IMG/VR virus record: IMGVR_UViG_3300009177_000028
Span: 62,001-126,000 of that record
Direction: 5' to 3' (one strand)
Length of the DNA: 64,000 nucleotides
This document shows positions 28,425-38,558 of the stretch, piece by piece. Both the position numbers and the translations under genes were made by a program. The notes beneath the pieces were generated by a model. The model was not told the origin of the DNA, made no database searches, and saw nothing but the letters and a program-made list of their open reading frames with translations. Each line of letters opens with the position of its first letter. Position 1 is the stretch's first letter.

Positions 28425-29225
28425 ATGAGAATGACAGATAAGAATCCATTTGCCTCTAACAATTTGGTTAAGCTCAAGGATCAAGATTGGTTAGAAAAGC
28501 AAAGGGTGGCTGGTAAGATTGCTGCTCAAACTCTTTTGTTACTTCAAAGATTAGTCGAGGGAAATACATTTCATTCTACTAACACTCTCAGTCAGGTAGC
28601 AGAACAATACATTCTAGAGGCCGGTGGGACGCCAACCTTCAAAGGTTATAAAGGCTTTCCAGCGGCCGTTTGTATTTCTGTGAACAAACAATTGGTTCAT
28701 GGTATCCCAGATGATACCGTACTTGATCATGGAGACTTAGTCTCATTTGACTTAGGGGTCACTTATGAGGGTGCTATTGCCGACACTGCCATCACTTGTA
28801 TTTTCGGTCAGCCCAAATCTGAGCGACATGTAGAATTGGTTAAAGCAACCGAAGAAGCTTTAATGAAAGGTATTGAGGCAGTAGCTGTAGGAAAGAAAAT
28901 TGGTGCCATTGGTAACGCCATCTATAGATACTCTAAAGGTAAAAACTTTGGGGTCATCAATAATTATGGTGGCCACGGGTTAGATTGGAATATTCCGCAC
29001 GCATCACCCTTCATAGCTAATAAGGCTGACCCAGAGGAAGGTATTAGAATCCAACCCGGACTAGCAATTGCAATTGAGCCCATGTTAGTTATTGGTTCTA
29101 CCAACACCAAGGTTTTAAGTGATGGGTGGACTGTGGTAACGGATGATCTTGGGGCCCATTTTGAGCATTCAATTTACGTTCATGAGGATCGTGTAGAAAT
29201 CATTACTGATAGGAGTGGTTTGTAA
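28425..29225 (+). CDS. map: Methionine aminopeptidase type I
   Basis: CISVN..VHGIP, SFDLG, ADTAIT, GGHG, IEPM, AHFEHSI; all five metal ligands (D, D, H, E, E) are present. Confidence 0.95.
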   Translation: MRMTDKNPFASNNLVKLKDQDWLEKQRVAGKIAAQTLLLLQRLVEGNTFHSTNTLSQVAEQYILEAGGTPTFKGYKGFPAAVCISVNKQLVHGIPDDTVLDHGDLVSFDLGVTYEGAIADTAITCIFGQPKSERHVELVKATEEALMKGIEAVAVGKKIGAIGNAIYRYSKGKNFGVINNYGGHGLDWNIPHASPFIANKADPEEGIRIQPGLAIAIEPMLVIGSTNTKVLSDGWTVVTDDLGAHFEHSIYVHEDRVEIITDRSGL

Positions 29226-29440
29226 TGTTTATCGGATTACTTAAGACAAAAGACAATCAGGTTGCTAGAGAGCATGACACCTTCGAAGATGCTTTAAGCT
29301 CTCTTAATCGTAGAATAGATGAGCACCCTCCAGGATCTATTAAAGAAGCTTTAATTCTTGAAGAGACTGAGTACTTAGATGATCAGTTCCCAGATTTTGA
29401 TTCGTGTAGGCTTGTTGCCAGTTTAAGGACTTGTCGATGA
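29225..29440 (+). CDS. Hypothetical protein
   Basis: TAATG-coupled, 71 aa. Confidence 0.5.
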   Translation: MFIGLLKTKDNQVAREHDTFEDALSSLNRRIDEHPPGSIKEALILEETEYLDDQFPDFDSCRLVASLRTCR

Positions 29441-29610
29441 AAGTGGAATTTGAAGATAAAAGCTACATTGAGTGTCGTCGTTCTGATAATCCAGGAAAGA
29501 TAATTATTTCTATCTCGGCCAAGGATTACCAAAATCCCCTCAAACGCATTATTAACACGGTTGAGATTACTACTGAGCAATTTAAGCAATTGATGTCTGA
29601 GGTGTTGTGA
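29437..29610 (+). CDS. Small hypothetical protein (57 aa, not in ORF track)
   Basis: My translation: MKVEFEDKSYIECRRSDNPGKIIISISAKDYQNPLKRIINTVEITTEQFKQLMSEVL. Overlap-coupled at both ends. Confidence 0.6.
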   Translation: MKVEFEDKSYIECRRSDNPGKIIISISAKDYQNPLKRIINTVEITTEQFKQLMSEVL

Positions 29611-29918
29611 TGGAAGTCTCCCAGCGAATTGAGAAGATGCTGGCTCCTTACGGGTTTGAGATTGCTCGGAAATTCTTTGATTCATTTAACATTTATCATT
29701 TTGTCGACAAATTCGCTAACGTTCAAAAGGGATCTTGTATTAGGTTGAGAGTTGATGGTCGTGAATACGGTTTTGACGATCCCAATACCTATGCTTTTCA
29801 AATTGAAAAGGGTAACCCCTATCATGGCCCTAAGTGTTATGTGGTAACGTTCCGCAATACTGAAGATGAACTAATTAATAAATTTGAAAGATTCATTAAA
29901 ATGAAGGCATTCCTATGA
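29607..29918 (+). CDS. Hypothetical protein
   Basis: Overlap-coupled (GTGA/ATGA) in the operon. Confidence 0.55.
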   Translation: MMEVSQRIEKMLAPYGFEIARKFFDSFNIYHFVDKFANVQKGSCIRLRVDGREYGFDDPNTYAFQIEKGNPYHGPKCYVVTFRNTEDELINKFERFIKMKAFL

Positions 29919-30466
29919 AAGTGTATTTTGTTGGAGCGCATAGTACTGGTAAGACTACCTGCGCCCGCTATGTTTCCGAAAAATATAAATTACCCATGAT
30001 TACTGAAGTGGCCAGAGCTGTTTTATCAGAAAAGGAATTGCACCTGGATTCCCTACGATACGACATGAATTTGGTTGATGACTATCAGACTGCTATTTTC
30101 CAACGTCAGCTAGACGAAGAGTCAAAATACAGGGATTTTGTCTCAGATAGAAGTTTTGATTGTTTGGCCTATGCCGCCCAACATGCTCGCATTCTTTCTG
30201 CCCTAATGAAGTCCGGGGAGCTACCCGACTATATTACCAAATTGCAGTCTCCAGATTCATTTATATTCTTCGTTCGACCGTCCAAGGCCACCCTCAAGGC
30301 AGACGGGGTCCGAGAATCTATAAATTGGGACGGTGTCATTTCCATTGATTCTATGGTCAAGTTTATGTTAGAAATGTGGAACCTGAGGTATTTTCAGATT
30401 AATATAGATAATATGCAGGAAAGAATTAGGTTAATTGACGCCGTCTTAACCCTGCATAAAAGCTAG
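29915..30466 (+). CDS. P-loop NTPase, NadR/AAA_28-like nucleotide kinase
   Basis: FVGAHSTGKTT, ITEVAR, FVSDRSFDCLAY. Confidence 0.78.
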   Translation: MKVYFVGAHSTGKTTCARYVSEKYKLPMITEVARAVLSEKELHLDSLRYDMNLVDDYQTAIFQRQLDEESKYRDFVSDRSFDCLAYAAQHARILSALMKSGELPDYITKLQSPDSFIFFVRPSKATLKADGVRESINWDGVISIDSMVKFMLEMWNLRYFQINIDNMQERIRLIDAVLTLHKS

Positions 30467-30470
30467 AATA

Positions 30471-30487
30471 TACTAAAATTTTGGTAT
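30471..30487 (+). promoter_or_regulatory. Candidate phage late promoter
   Basis: TACTAAAATTTTGGTAT, 29 nt before the fibre ATG. 30469-30487 matches the reverse complement of 61451-61469 at 18 of 19 nt. Confidence 0.55.
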
Positions 30488-30515
30488 TCCTTTGAGTTTT
30501 ACTTCAAGGGGATAT

Positions 30516-33500
30516 ATGTCTAGCATTTTAACACCAGGATATTTGAGATGGGATGGGACTAAGTACATCCTAGACCATGATGTAGAAATTGTGGGCGCTA
30601 CTGGTTCAGCCGGACCCCAAGGTCCAACCGGACTTCAGGGATCGCCTGGTATTGGCGTAGGCGCGTCTGCAACCGGCGACATTTCAGGTATTTATCCTGG
30701 CCCGATGTCAGTTATTGGTTTAACTGGCGTTTCCAATGTTGTTAATTTTGCTACTGGAGCTACCAACCCAACCATTGGGCAAGCCTCTACGGCTAATGCC
30801 TCAGGCCAACCCCTGACCCTAAAATCACAAGGAGCTGTTGGCGTTGGAGGAAATCTTATCCTACAAAGCGGTACGGGTTCGGTTGGAGGTTCGGTTCAAT
30901 TTCTAAATGGCAATACCACGGCCGGGTCTTTTGATCCTAACGGAATATTAAAAATTGGAGTTAACTCTACTTCTAGTGCTACCATTTATGGTACCCTAGT
31001 ACACCCTTCGTTTAACCAAGCCGGTAGTGTAAATGATTCTTTATATTCATTTAGCTCTTCATCTTTTGGAAACGCTATTCGAGTATTCTCTAGTGCTTCG
31101 GCCAATAGAGCCATGTTTGAAGCTGCTAATACAGCAAGCGGTGCAAGCGCTACCATTTCATTAAGAATGATCGCCGGTGGACCAACTGAAGCGGTTACCC
31201 AATTTCAGGGAAATGGCGTCCTAGAGCAAGCAGGCGCCGCCACCTCTGCTTTGGTCTTTTCTAAACTTGTAGGAGACGGCACTGGTAGGGGTACAACTGG
31301 CAGAATTTACCAGTCAGGTGCTTGGGCCATTGGAGACAATGCCATCAATGATACTTCTGCCGAAGCTCAAGCTGGTTTGACTGGTGCAGTCATCAATCTT
31401 AGCCCCGCTACTGGTTCATTCACCAGCGTAGCTACTCAAGCGCTTAATTTTAACATTGCCGGCTCTCATCATATTCAAGGCGGTACAGATGTTAGATTTG
31501 ATGTTGGCACTAATCTTGCTGGTTACTTCGACTCTAATAGAGTATTAAGGGCCGGACTAAGTGCTTCAACTAATATTTCTACTTTTGGCGGATCTTTAAA
31601 CGAACCTGGCAATGGAATTTATGCTTACAATGCTTCAGGATTTAACACTATTATTAGTGCTTCTGGTGCAGCAGCATCTGAAGGGCAAGTTCTAATTCTA
31701 AATACCTCTGCTGGAGCTTCTCTTACTACTGGATTGAGATTGATTGGAGCCGGCGCCTCTAACGGTAATACTGAATGGATTAGTAACGGAGTGGTTGAGC
31801 ATGTAGGTTCAGCTACATCTGCTCTTGTTATTTCCAGTTTGTTAGGAGATGGAACTGGCCGTTCAACCCCTGCTAAATTTTATAGATCGGGTGCAGTAAA
31901 CATTGGTAGTGCTGCAAACAATAATACATCTACGTTAGCTCAGGCCGGGTTAACTGGGCCAGTGCTTAATATCAGTCCAACCACTGGCGGCACTATGACA
32001 AGTGCGGCTAATCAAGCACTGAATTTCAACGTTGCCGGCTCTCACCATATTCAGGGAAATACAGACGTTAGATTTGATGTTGGATCCACCTTAGCTGGTT
32101 ACTTCGATAATAACAGGGCATTTAGAACAGGTCCAAATGCTTCTACTAGCGTCACCGTTACAACTTCACAGGTTGTACCAGATGCAAATACAGGATTGTA
32201 TATTAACAATACATCCAACTTTGCGCAGGCTGGCGTTTATTCTGGTTTGTCAACGGGCGCAGCTTACTTAGATTTATTTAATACATCTGGTGGAGCAGCC
32301 GGTACAACAGGCATAAGAATTTTAGGGTATGGTCCTTCTGCTTCTCCTGCCACATTAGCTGGAAACTCATTATTTAGTCAGGTTGGATCTGCAACCTCTT
32401 GTATGATTTTTGGATCTACATTACCTGATGGTACCAGCTTTTTCAATCTAGGAAGAATGTATAGAGTTGGGCCATGGACTATTGGAGAGGCCACTAATAA
32501 CGACACCTCCGCTGAAGCTCAAGCAGGATTGACTGGTCCATTATTAAACATCAGTACCACTACTGGCGGCGTTATGACCAGTACTGCTAACCAAGCGTTA
32601 CTATTTAACGTCAACGGAGCCGCTCACCTTCAGGGTCATACAGATGTTAGATTTGATATTGCTGCTAACTTAGCCGGTTATTTCGATAGCAGCAGTAGAT
32701 TTAGAGTTGGTCCTAGCGCTACCTCTACTGCAACATTGTACGGAGCTAGCCGTCCAACCGCACAAGATTATGTTTATGGATTTTCCAATGCTACCAGCAT
32801 GGGTGGTGTTTTCATCACTAATGCTGCTGCCGAAACTGGATATCTAAAAGTAGCCAACACCTCTGCCGGTGGAAGTGCGACCGTAGGTCTAACACTATTT
32901 GGAGCAGGTGCCACATTCCCAGTTACACAATACCAAGGAAATTCAGCTATTGAGCACACTGGCGCAGCAGGCTCTTCTATTGTGTTCTCACAATCAGCAG
33001 GAGATGGAACTGGATTTGGAGTTATGGAAAGACTCTACAGATCTGGCGCTTTGGCTCTTGGTGATACCGCAACTAACAATACATCTACATTAGCCCAAGC
33101 AGGATTGACTGGCCCACTACTAAACATCAGCACTACTACTGGTGGTTCTATGACGAGCGCCGCCAATCAGATGTTGTTGTTCAACGTCAACGGTTCAGCG
33201 CACCTTCAAGGTAATGCCGATGTTAGATTTGACGTTGGAGCCACTATTGCTGGCTATTTCGATGGCAACAGAACTTTCAGAGATGGTCCATTGGCTACCA
33301 CTGCCGCAACTGTTGAAGGAACTTCTTATCCTATTGCCACTGTCAGCAACTACGCTAACAGCAGCGCTAATAACCTAAATATCTTTAATACAACTGGTAC
33401 GGCCGCCAATGCAACCGTCCACGTTTCTAACAACAACGCTGGAACTACTGCTAACTCTGGACTAAAGATTGTGGCTGGTGGACCAACTACTGCCATTACT

Positions 33501-34151
33501 GCATGGCAAAACAACGGAGTTGTGGAACAAACTGGTAGTGCAACTTCCGGATTAATCCTATCTAGCGTATTGGGCGATGGAACTAACAGAGTTACCACTG
33601 GCCGTATTTGGCAGTCGGGTGCTTGGGCTATCGGCGATAACGCAACTAACAACACCTCTTCTGCTGCACAAGCTGGTTTGACCGGAGCGCTTATCAATCT
33701 AACTACTGTTTCTGCTGGCTCCGTAACTAGCGCTGCTAACCAGGCTGTTATTTTTAATAATGCCGGCACGCTTAATCTACAGGGTAACACGGGCCTTAAC
33801 TTTGTAGTTGGAACTGCTACTCTTAGCAATCTAACTTCTTCTAAGTTTGTTACGAGTGTGGGTAGAAGAATTAAAGTAACTACCACTACTTCTTCGCCAT
33901 ATACTGTGCTTACTACAGACGAAGTTGTTTCTATTGGAACATTTGCTGCTCCATTTACGGTAAATCTACCAGCCAGCCCAACCACTGGAGATATATATAC
34001 AATTAAAGATGCCAATGGTGGCGCCACAGCTAACAATATTACAGTTTCAGGAAATGGAAATAATATTGATGCCGCCGCAACAGCTACAATCAGTACAAAC
34101 TACGGAACACTTACTGTTGTCTACAACGGAACCAAATGGATCAGTATATAA
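30516..34151 (+). CDS. Long fibre-like virion protein with short collagen stretch and five ~192-aa repeats
   Basis: (Gxy)7 GATGSAGPQGPTGLQGSPGIG, five AQAGLTG...NQA..FN..G..H.QG.TDVRFD repeats, and a C-terminal PFTVNLPASP..GDIYTIKDANG...TLTVVYNGTKW module common in tail fibres. The track start is TTG 30492. Confidence 0.75.
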   Translation: MSSILTPGYLRWDGTKYILDHDVEIVGATGSAGPQGPTGLQGSPGIGVGASATGDISGIYPGPMSVIGLTGVSNVVNFATGATNPTIGQASTANASGQPLTLKSQGAVGVGGNLILQSGTGSVGGSVQFLNGNTTAGSFDPNGILKIGVNSTSSATIYGTLVHPSFNQAGSVNDSLYSFSSSSFGNAIRVFSSASANRAMFEAANTASGASATISLRMIAGGPTEAVTQFQGNGVLEQAGAATSALVFSKLVGDGTGRGTTGRIYQSGAWAIGDNAINDTSAEAQAGLTGAVINLSPATGSFTSVATQALNFNIAGSHHIQGGTDVRFDVGTNLAGYFDSNRVLRAGLSASTNISTFGGSLNEPGNGIYAYNASGFNTIISASGAAASEGQVLILNTSAGASLTTGLRLIGAGASNGNTEWISNGVVEHVGSATSALVISSLLGDGTGRSTPAKFYRSGAVNIGSAANNNTSTLAQAGLTGPVLNISPTTGGTMTSAANQALNFNVAGSHHIQGNTDVRFDVGSTLAGYFDNNRAFRTGPNASTSVTVTTSQVVPDANTGLYINNTSNFAQAGVYSGLSTGAAYLDLFNTSGGAAGTTGIRILGYGPSASPATLAGNSLFSQVGSATSCMIFGSTLPDGTSFFNLGRMYRVGPWTIGEATNNDTSAEAQAGLTGPLLNISTTTGGVMTSTANQALLFNVNGAAHLQGHTDVRFDIAANLAGYFDSSSRFRVGPSATSTATLYGASRPTAQDYVYGFSNATSMGGVFITNAAAETGYLKVANTSAGGSATVGLTLFGAGATFPVTQYQGNSAIEHTGAAGSSIVFSQSAGDGTGFGVMERLYRSGALALGDTATNNTSTLAQAGLTGPLLNISTTTGGSMTSAANQMLLFNVNGSAHLQGNADVRFDVGATIAGYFDGNRTFRDGPLATTAATVEGTSYPIATVSNYANSSANNLNIFNTTGTAANATVHVSNNNAGTTANSGLKIVAGGPTTAITAWQNNGVVEQTGSATSGLILSSVLGDGTNRVTTGRIWQSGAWAIGDNATNNTSSAAQAGLTGALINLTTVSAGSVTSAANQAVIFNNAGTLNLQGNTGLNFVVGTATLSNLTSSKFVTSVGRRIKVTTTTSSPYTVLTTDEVVSIGTFAAPFTVNLPASPTTGDIYTIKDANGGATANNITVSGNGNNIDAAATATISTNYGTLTVVYNGTKWISI
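31300..33790 (+). repeat. Five tandem intragenic repeats, period 573-579 nt
   Basis: QAGLTG codons start at 31368, 31941, 32520, 33096 and 33669. Confidence 0.85.
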
Positions 34152-34160
34152 AGGCTTTGA

Positions 34161-37100
34161 ATGACAACCAAATATCCTTCCCAGATAGACACTAATTCTA
34201 CTTTACCTCGTGCGGTTGATTTAGTAACACCAGTTAAAGCAGCAATTGTTAATGATCTAATTGAAGCAATTATAACAATTGAAAATGAATTAGGTGTAAA
34301 GCCAAGTGCTACCTATGCCACTGTTAGGGCGCGCTTAGATACCCTAGAAGGTATTCTTGGTAATTTACAAGTAATTGAATTAGATAAAGATCTAGGTGGC
34401 ACTTTAGAAGAGCCTTTAGTTGTCGGAATTCAGGGTAGACCAGTTTCTTCTGCGGCCCCTATTCCGGGAGAAGTTCTTGTTTGGAACGGTATTGCGTGGG
34501 CACCTGCACCAGGACCATCAGCCGTAATTACTTTTGGCGGAGATCTTTCCGGTAGCCCAGCCATTCAAACTGTTATCGGAATTCAGGGAAGGCCAGTTGC
34601 TTCTACAGCTCCAACTACAGGCCAAGCGCTTGTCTGGGGAGGCTCTTCTTGGGCCCCTGGAACAGTAAGCGGAGGTGGTGGTGGGCCAACTGGACCAGCA
34701 GGCGGAGACTTGGACGGATATTATCCAAATCCAGTAGTCAAACAATCTACTTATCCATCTTTCACAGTTTTTGGAACTGAATTGGCCTTTACTGGCGGTC
34801 AAGCCACAGAAGGTTTTGATCTTCCAGCTACTGATGCCCAACGTATTGGAACGACTACTACCGACAACGTTGCTAAAGTAATGAATTCAGTAACTCCAGA
34901 AGATACTCAATTGATTAGGGTTATGTCTGAAATTGGCGCCACTGATGGCGCGGGTGGCGCTGCCTGGTTCTTACTTAAAGGTGTTTGGGTTCGTAGCGGC
35001 AATCAATTAATTGCTATCAAAGAACCAACGGTAGTTGATCAGTCAGCTACCCTAGATGCTCTTACCTGGACTGCTCAATTAGTTGCCAATGGTTCTGCTA
35101 TTGAAACTCAAGTTAGTGGAGAAAATGGCAAGACTATTCAATGGTCTCTTTTGAGAGAGTGGTTAGAAGTTGCAGGAATTGGTGGAGGCGGCGGTGGCGG
35201 AAATTCATGTCCAGCAACTCCGTTCTCCCAACCTAACAGCATAGCATTTGATGGAACCTATCTATGGGTTACGGACAAAGATAGCCCTATTTTAACAAAA
35301 ATTGATCCCTTTGCTGAGGCGCCAATTGTTGTTAAAACTTTTGATTTATCTCAATATGGTAGAGTTTCTTTACAAGTAAGAGATGCAACTTTTGAGTCAC
35401 CAATTAAAATTACTGTTGCCGGGGCGCACGGACTTACTACTGGTGACCAAGTCAATGTTTCTGCTGTTAGCGGAAATACTGCGGCTAACGGAACTTGGTC
35501 CATTACTGTTGTTGATACCACTTCGTTTACATTGGACTCTTCAACAGGAAATGGATTTTATACAAGTGGTGGAAAGGTTTTAGCCGGACCAATTACCAAT
35601 GCTCGTCATGTTACCATGAGTCCAAATAATGGAATTATTGTTTCCTGTATGGATAGTGGCTTGGTTGCATTTATCGATCCATTAACTGATACTGTTTATC
35701 AAGTCTCTAGCGTTAATAATCCTGGTGAAACTGGAAAGGTTCAATGGGCTTATGGACATACAACTGGAGAAGTGTTTGCCATTAAAACTGGTGCTAATGG
35801 TGGATTTTCTAGCTCTATTAAACCTCTGTTTAGCGGGCAACCAGAATATCCTGCACCTGCCAATGGGTTTATATCTCAGTGCCATTTAGAAACATTAACA
35901 TATGGCGCAGGCTATTTGTGGGCCAGTGGTGGCGCTCAAAACGGAATACCAGCGTCACCTATTTTTAGATTAGACATAGATGTGTTTAGTCCAAATGTTG
36001 GAACATGGACAACGCATGTTAACAATCAAAATGCTAATATTTGGGGAGTACATTTTGCATTTGGTAGCGTTTGGGCAAGCACTTATGGTAGGAAAGTATT
36101 TAGATATGATCCTGCTACTTTTCCATCAGACCCAATAGTAATAGATCTTGGAAATCCAGCTAATGGTACGGCAGAAATGTGGGATGACGGAACCTATCTA
36201 TGGGTGACAGATATTAATTTTCATGGCCAATCATTCTTATATAAGATTGATCCTAATACAAACACATCTACTGGCCCATTCTTTACCGTTTCTTCTGGTG
36301 GTACTGGCGGTATTACTTATGATGGAACTAACATCTGGGCCTGCGCCCGTAATGGAGCCTATCCAAGTGTGTTTAAGGTGGATACAACAGTTGGTTCTGA
36401 AGAAGTTCTAACCTATTATCCTCCTCCATTTAATGAACCAGTTTCATTAACATACGATGGTACCCATCTATGGGCAAGTGATGCTGGAATTGGAAGCATC
36501 TTCAAAATTGTTACTGACGAAAATGTTCAACCATGTCCAGGATGTTCACGAGTCATTAATCTTTCTTCTTATGGATTAAGTAAAATTCGTGAAATTAGAA
36601 ATCATAATGGAATTATTTATGCCTGTGGTCATGATAGCAATAAAATTGTTCTAGTAGATGCTACTACAGAACAAGTTGTTGGTGTTTGTACATTAGGACA
36701 AAGAGTTAGATCAGTTACATTTGATAATTCAGGTAATTATTGGGTAGCAACTTTCAGTAGTGGTACTCTAAATTTCTCAAATATCTACAAAATATCCATT
36801 GCCGCCACTTTGTCTGCCTTCCCTGGGGAACCAACTCCACTATTAAATGTTCCACTAAGTCACCACGTAGAAAATATAACTTTTGGCGGGGGTTTCTTGT
36901 GGTTGGGTAGCGGTGGTTTCCAAAACTTCTGGTCTGTCGAAGAACAAGATCTTGGTACTACTGCCTCATTGACTACAATCGATGGAAACACCGCCACACT
37001 TAGTGGAATCACCGGGGCCGACCCAGGATGGGTAGGTGGACGTGTACGTGTCTTGTTAACTAATTGTGCAGTTGCAAACAATAATGCCGAATTTACTGTT

Positions 37101-38015
37101 TCACAATATGTTAACTCTAGTACTGTTGTTTTGTTTAACACAAATACTATTAGTCCAGTTACTGATGGAAACAATGGTAGCATTGTCGCTAGACTTTCAA
37201 GATTTAATGCTGAGCCATTAATGAGACTTGATCCAAATAATATTAGGAAAGGAACGGGCGCTTCAATTGTTGTTAGCGGACTAAATAATCAAGTGGTTAC
37301 AATTAGCGGCCTAAGTGGAATGACAAATGCAGATGTTGGTTTAACTATCAGCATTCGTAATGCTACTGGAACCTTTTTTGGTGGATTTAATAACAATACC
37401 TTTTTTAAGATTAGAAGCGTTACTAATGCTACCACCGTAGTTACCAGTTTAGGTAGCCACAATAGCGGTAAGTATCCAACATACAATGGTGGTGGATGGC
37501 AGCCTGTAACCGATGCCAATAATGGGAATTTAGACTGGACTATTATTACTAGTCACAATGCCTACGATCCGGATAATGGATATGTTTTTGAAGCTTACTA
37601 TGATGATTTGACTGGCAGTGTCTGGGCAGGTAACGGATTCCATGGAGTTCAGAGATGGGATCCTAATAATTTCCACCCACTACCAAACACTTTCCCATTA
37701 CCAACTAACCCAATAACCATCTTAAGCCCAACTAATATAAATGCTTTCCAGGGACAGGTAACTAACGATGGTCAGTATGTTTGGACCACAGGCGGATATA
37801 GCGGAGGCCATTCGGTCGTACGTGTTGATCCGGCCACCAATCAAATTGTAGCTGAATTGTTAACACCAGTTCCAGCTTGGTCAGATGGCGTAGCCTATGA
37901 CGGTAAATATATATGGTTTACCACTCGTGATGGCTCGGAAAATGGTGCGCTCAACCGCGTAAGTATTACGCCGGGTAGCGAAACAATTAATTTTAGATTA
38001 AAGGCAAAAGACTAA
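34161..38015 (+). CDS. Fibre/spike-like virion protein with beta-propeller (xDGxxLW) repeats
   Basis: Shared N-module YPSQID...LP...ELGVKPS..YATVRARLD, GGDL.G...V.GIQGRPV repeats, and FDGTYLWVTD/YDGTNIWA/YDGTHLWA/YDGKYIWF blades. One 'module Y' copy. Confidence 0.7.
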   Translation: MTTKYPSQIDTNSTLPRAVDLVTPVKAAIVNDLIEAIITIENELGVKPSATYATVRARLDTLEGILGNLQVIELDKDLGGTLEEPLVVGIQGRPVSSAAPIPGEVLVWNGIAWAPAPGPSAVITFGGDLSGSPAIQTVIGIQGRPVASTAPTTGQALVWGGSSWAPGTVSGGGGGPTGPAGGDLDGYYPNPVVKQSTYPSFTVFGTELAFTGGQATEGFDLPATDAQRIGTTTTDNVAKVMNSVTPEDTQLIRVMSEIGATDGAGGAAWFLLKGVWVRSGNQLIAIKEPTVVDQSATLDALTWTAQLVANGSAIETQVSGENGKTIQWSLLREWLEVAGIGGGGGGGNSCPATPFSQPNSIAFDGTYLWVTDKDSPILTKIDPFAEAPIVVKTFDLSQYGRVSLQVRDATFESPIKITVAGAHGLTTGDQVNVSAVSGNTAANGTWSITVVDTTSFTLDSSTGNGFYTSGGKVLAGPITNARHVTMSPNNGIIVSCMDSGLVAFIDPLTDTVYQVSSVNNPGETGKVQWAYGHTTGEVFAIKTGANGGFSSSIKPLFSGQPEYPAPANGFISQCHLETLTYGAGYLWASGGAQNGIPASPIFRLDIDVFSPNVGTWTTHVNNQNANIWGVHFAFGSVWASTYGRKVFRYDPATFPSDPIVIDLGNPANGTAEMWDDGTYLWVTDINFHGQSFLYKIDPNTNTSTGPFFTVSSGGTGGITYDGTNIWACARNGAYPSVFKVDTTVGSEEVLTYYPPPFNEPVSLTYDGTHLWASDAGIGSIFKIVTDENVQPCPGCSRVINLSSYGLSKIREIRNHNGIIYACGHDSNKIVLVDATTEQVVGVCTLGQRVRSVTFDNSGNYWVATFSSGTLNFSNIYKISIAATLSAFPGEPTPLLNVPLSHHVENITFGGGFLWLGSGGFQNFWSVEEQDLGTTASLTTIDGNTATLSGITGADPGWVGGRVRVLLTNCAVANNNAEFTVSQYVNSSTVVLFNTNTISPVTDGNNGSIVARLSRFNAEPLMRLDPNNIRKGTGASIVVSGLNNQVVTISGLSGMTNADVGLTISIRNATGTFFGGFNNNTFFKIRSVTNATTVVTSLGSHNSGKYPTYNGGGWQPVTDANNGNLDWTIITSHNAYDPDNGYVFEAYYDDLTGSVWAGNGFHGVQRWDPNNFHPLPNTFPLPTNPITILSPTNINAFQGQVTNDGQYVWTTGGYSGGHSVVRVDPATNQIVAELLTPVPAWSDGVAYDGKYIWFTTRDGSENGALNRVSITPGSETINFRLKAKD

Positions 38016-38017
38016 TA

Positions 38018-38034
38018 TACTATTTTCCTAGTAT
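38018..38034 (+). promoter_or_regulatory. Candidate phage late promoter
   Basis: TACTAT-TTTCCT-AGTAT in the intergenic gap, 26 nt before the ATG at 38060. Confidence 0.4.
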
Positions 38035-38059
38035 ATAAGACACAACTCAGGGGTAACAT

Positions 38060-38539
38060 ATGAAATCGTTGAAGAAAATAGCTGAACTTGCTAGTAAATT
38101 TGAAAATAAGCTATCTAAAGTGGGTCAGGCGCCACCTCCAGATACAAATCAGGCTAAAGAAGCCCCAGACTTTTTCTTCGGAACTGGATATGCCCTAACA
38201 AATTTTCAAGGTTCTTTAGGTAAAATAGAACAGGATGGTAATAAAGTTTTCGGAGACAAATCTGTAGCTAAAATTCTAGCAGATTTCTTCAATAAAACCA
38301 GCACCAATGCTTCTGTAACTTTGGGTGTAGAAGTTGTTCCTGGTAAAGGTGCTCAGTGGGTACTTAACATTACTCCGGCCGCCATTAAGGGAGCTATCGC
38401 AAAAGAACTTGACGCCCAATTTACCAGGTTAGTTGGTAAGTCAATGGTTGATGCTGCTAAGGAAGCTGATGCTGCCGCTAAGAAAGGCGCAAAAGTTGAG
38501 GGTGTAACCAAGAAGACCATCGTAGACAAAGGCGTTTAA
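38060..38539 (+). CDS. Hypothetical protein
   Basis: 159 aa, Lys/Ala-rich; no family recognised. Confidence 0.65.
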   Translation: MKSLKKIAELASKFENKLSKVGQAPPPDTNQAKEAPDFFFGTGYALTNFQGSLGKIEQDGNKVFGDKSVAKILADFFNKTSTNASVTLGVEVVPGKGAQWVLNITPAAIKGAIAKELDAQFTRLVGKSMVDAAKEADAAAKKGAKVEGVTKKTIVDKGV

Positions 38540-38558
38540 AAATATGTAGGGAGGTACA

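Noticed and set aside
33350-34036. 228-aa minus-strand ORF and other antisense/alternate-frame ORFs in the track (e.g. 1340, 15181, 25472, 36860, 49219, 53072, 56023, 56884, 63477)
   Set aside because: They lie wholly within longer motif-bearing genes and lack RBS or motifs. They are shadows of low-complexity Thr/Ala/Gly codon usage.
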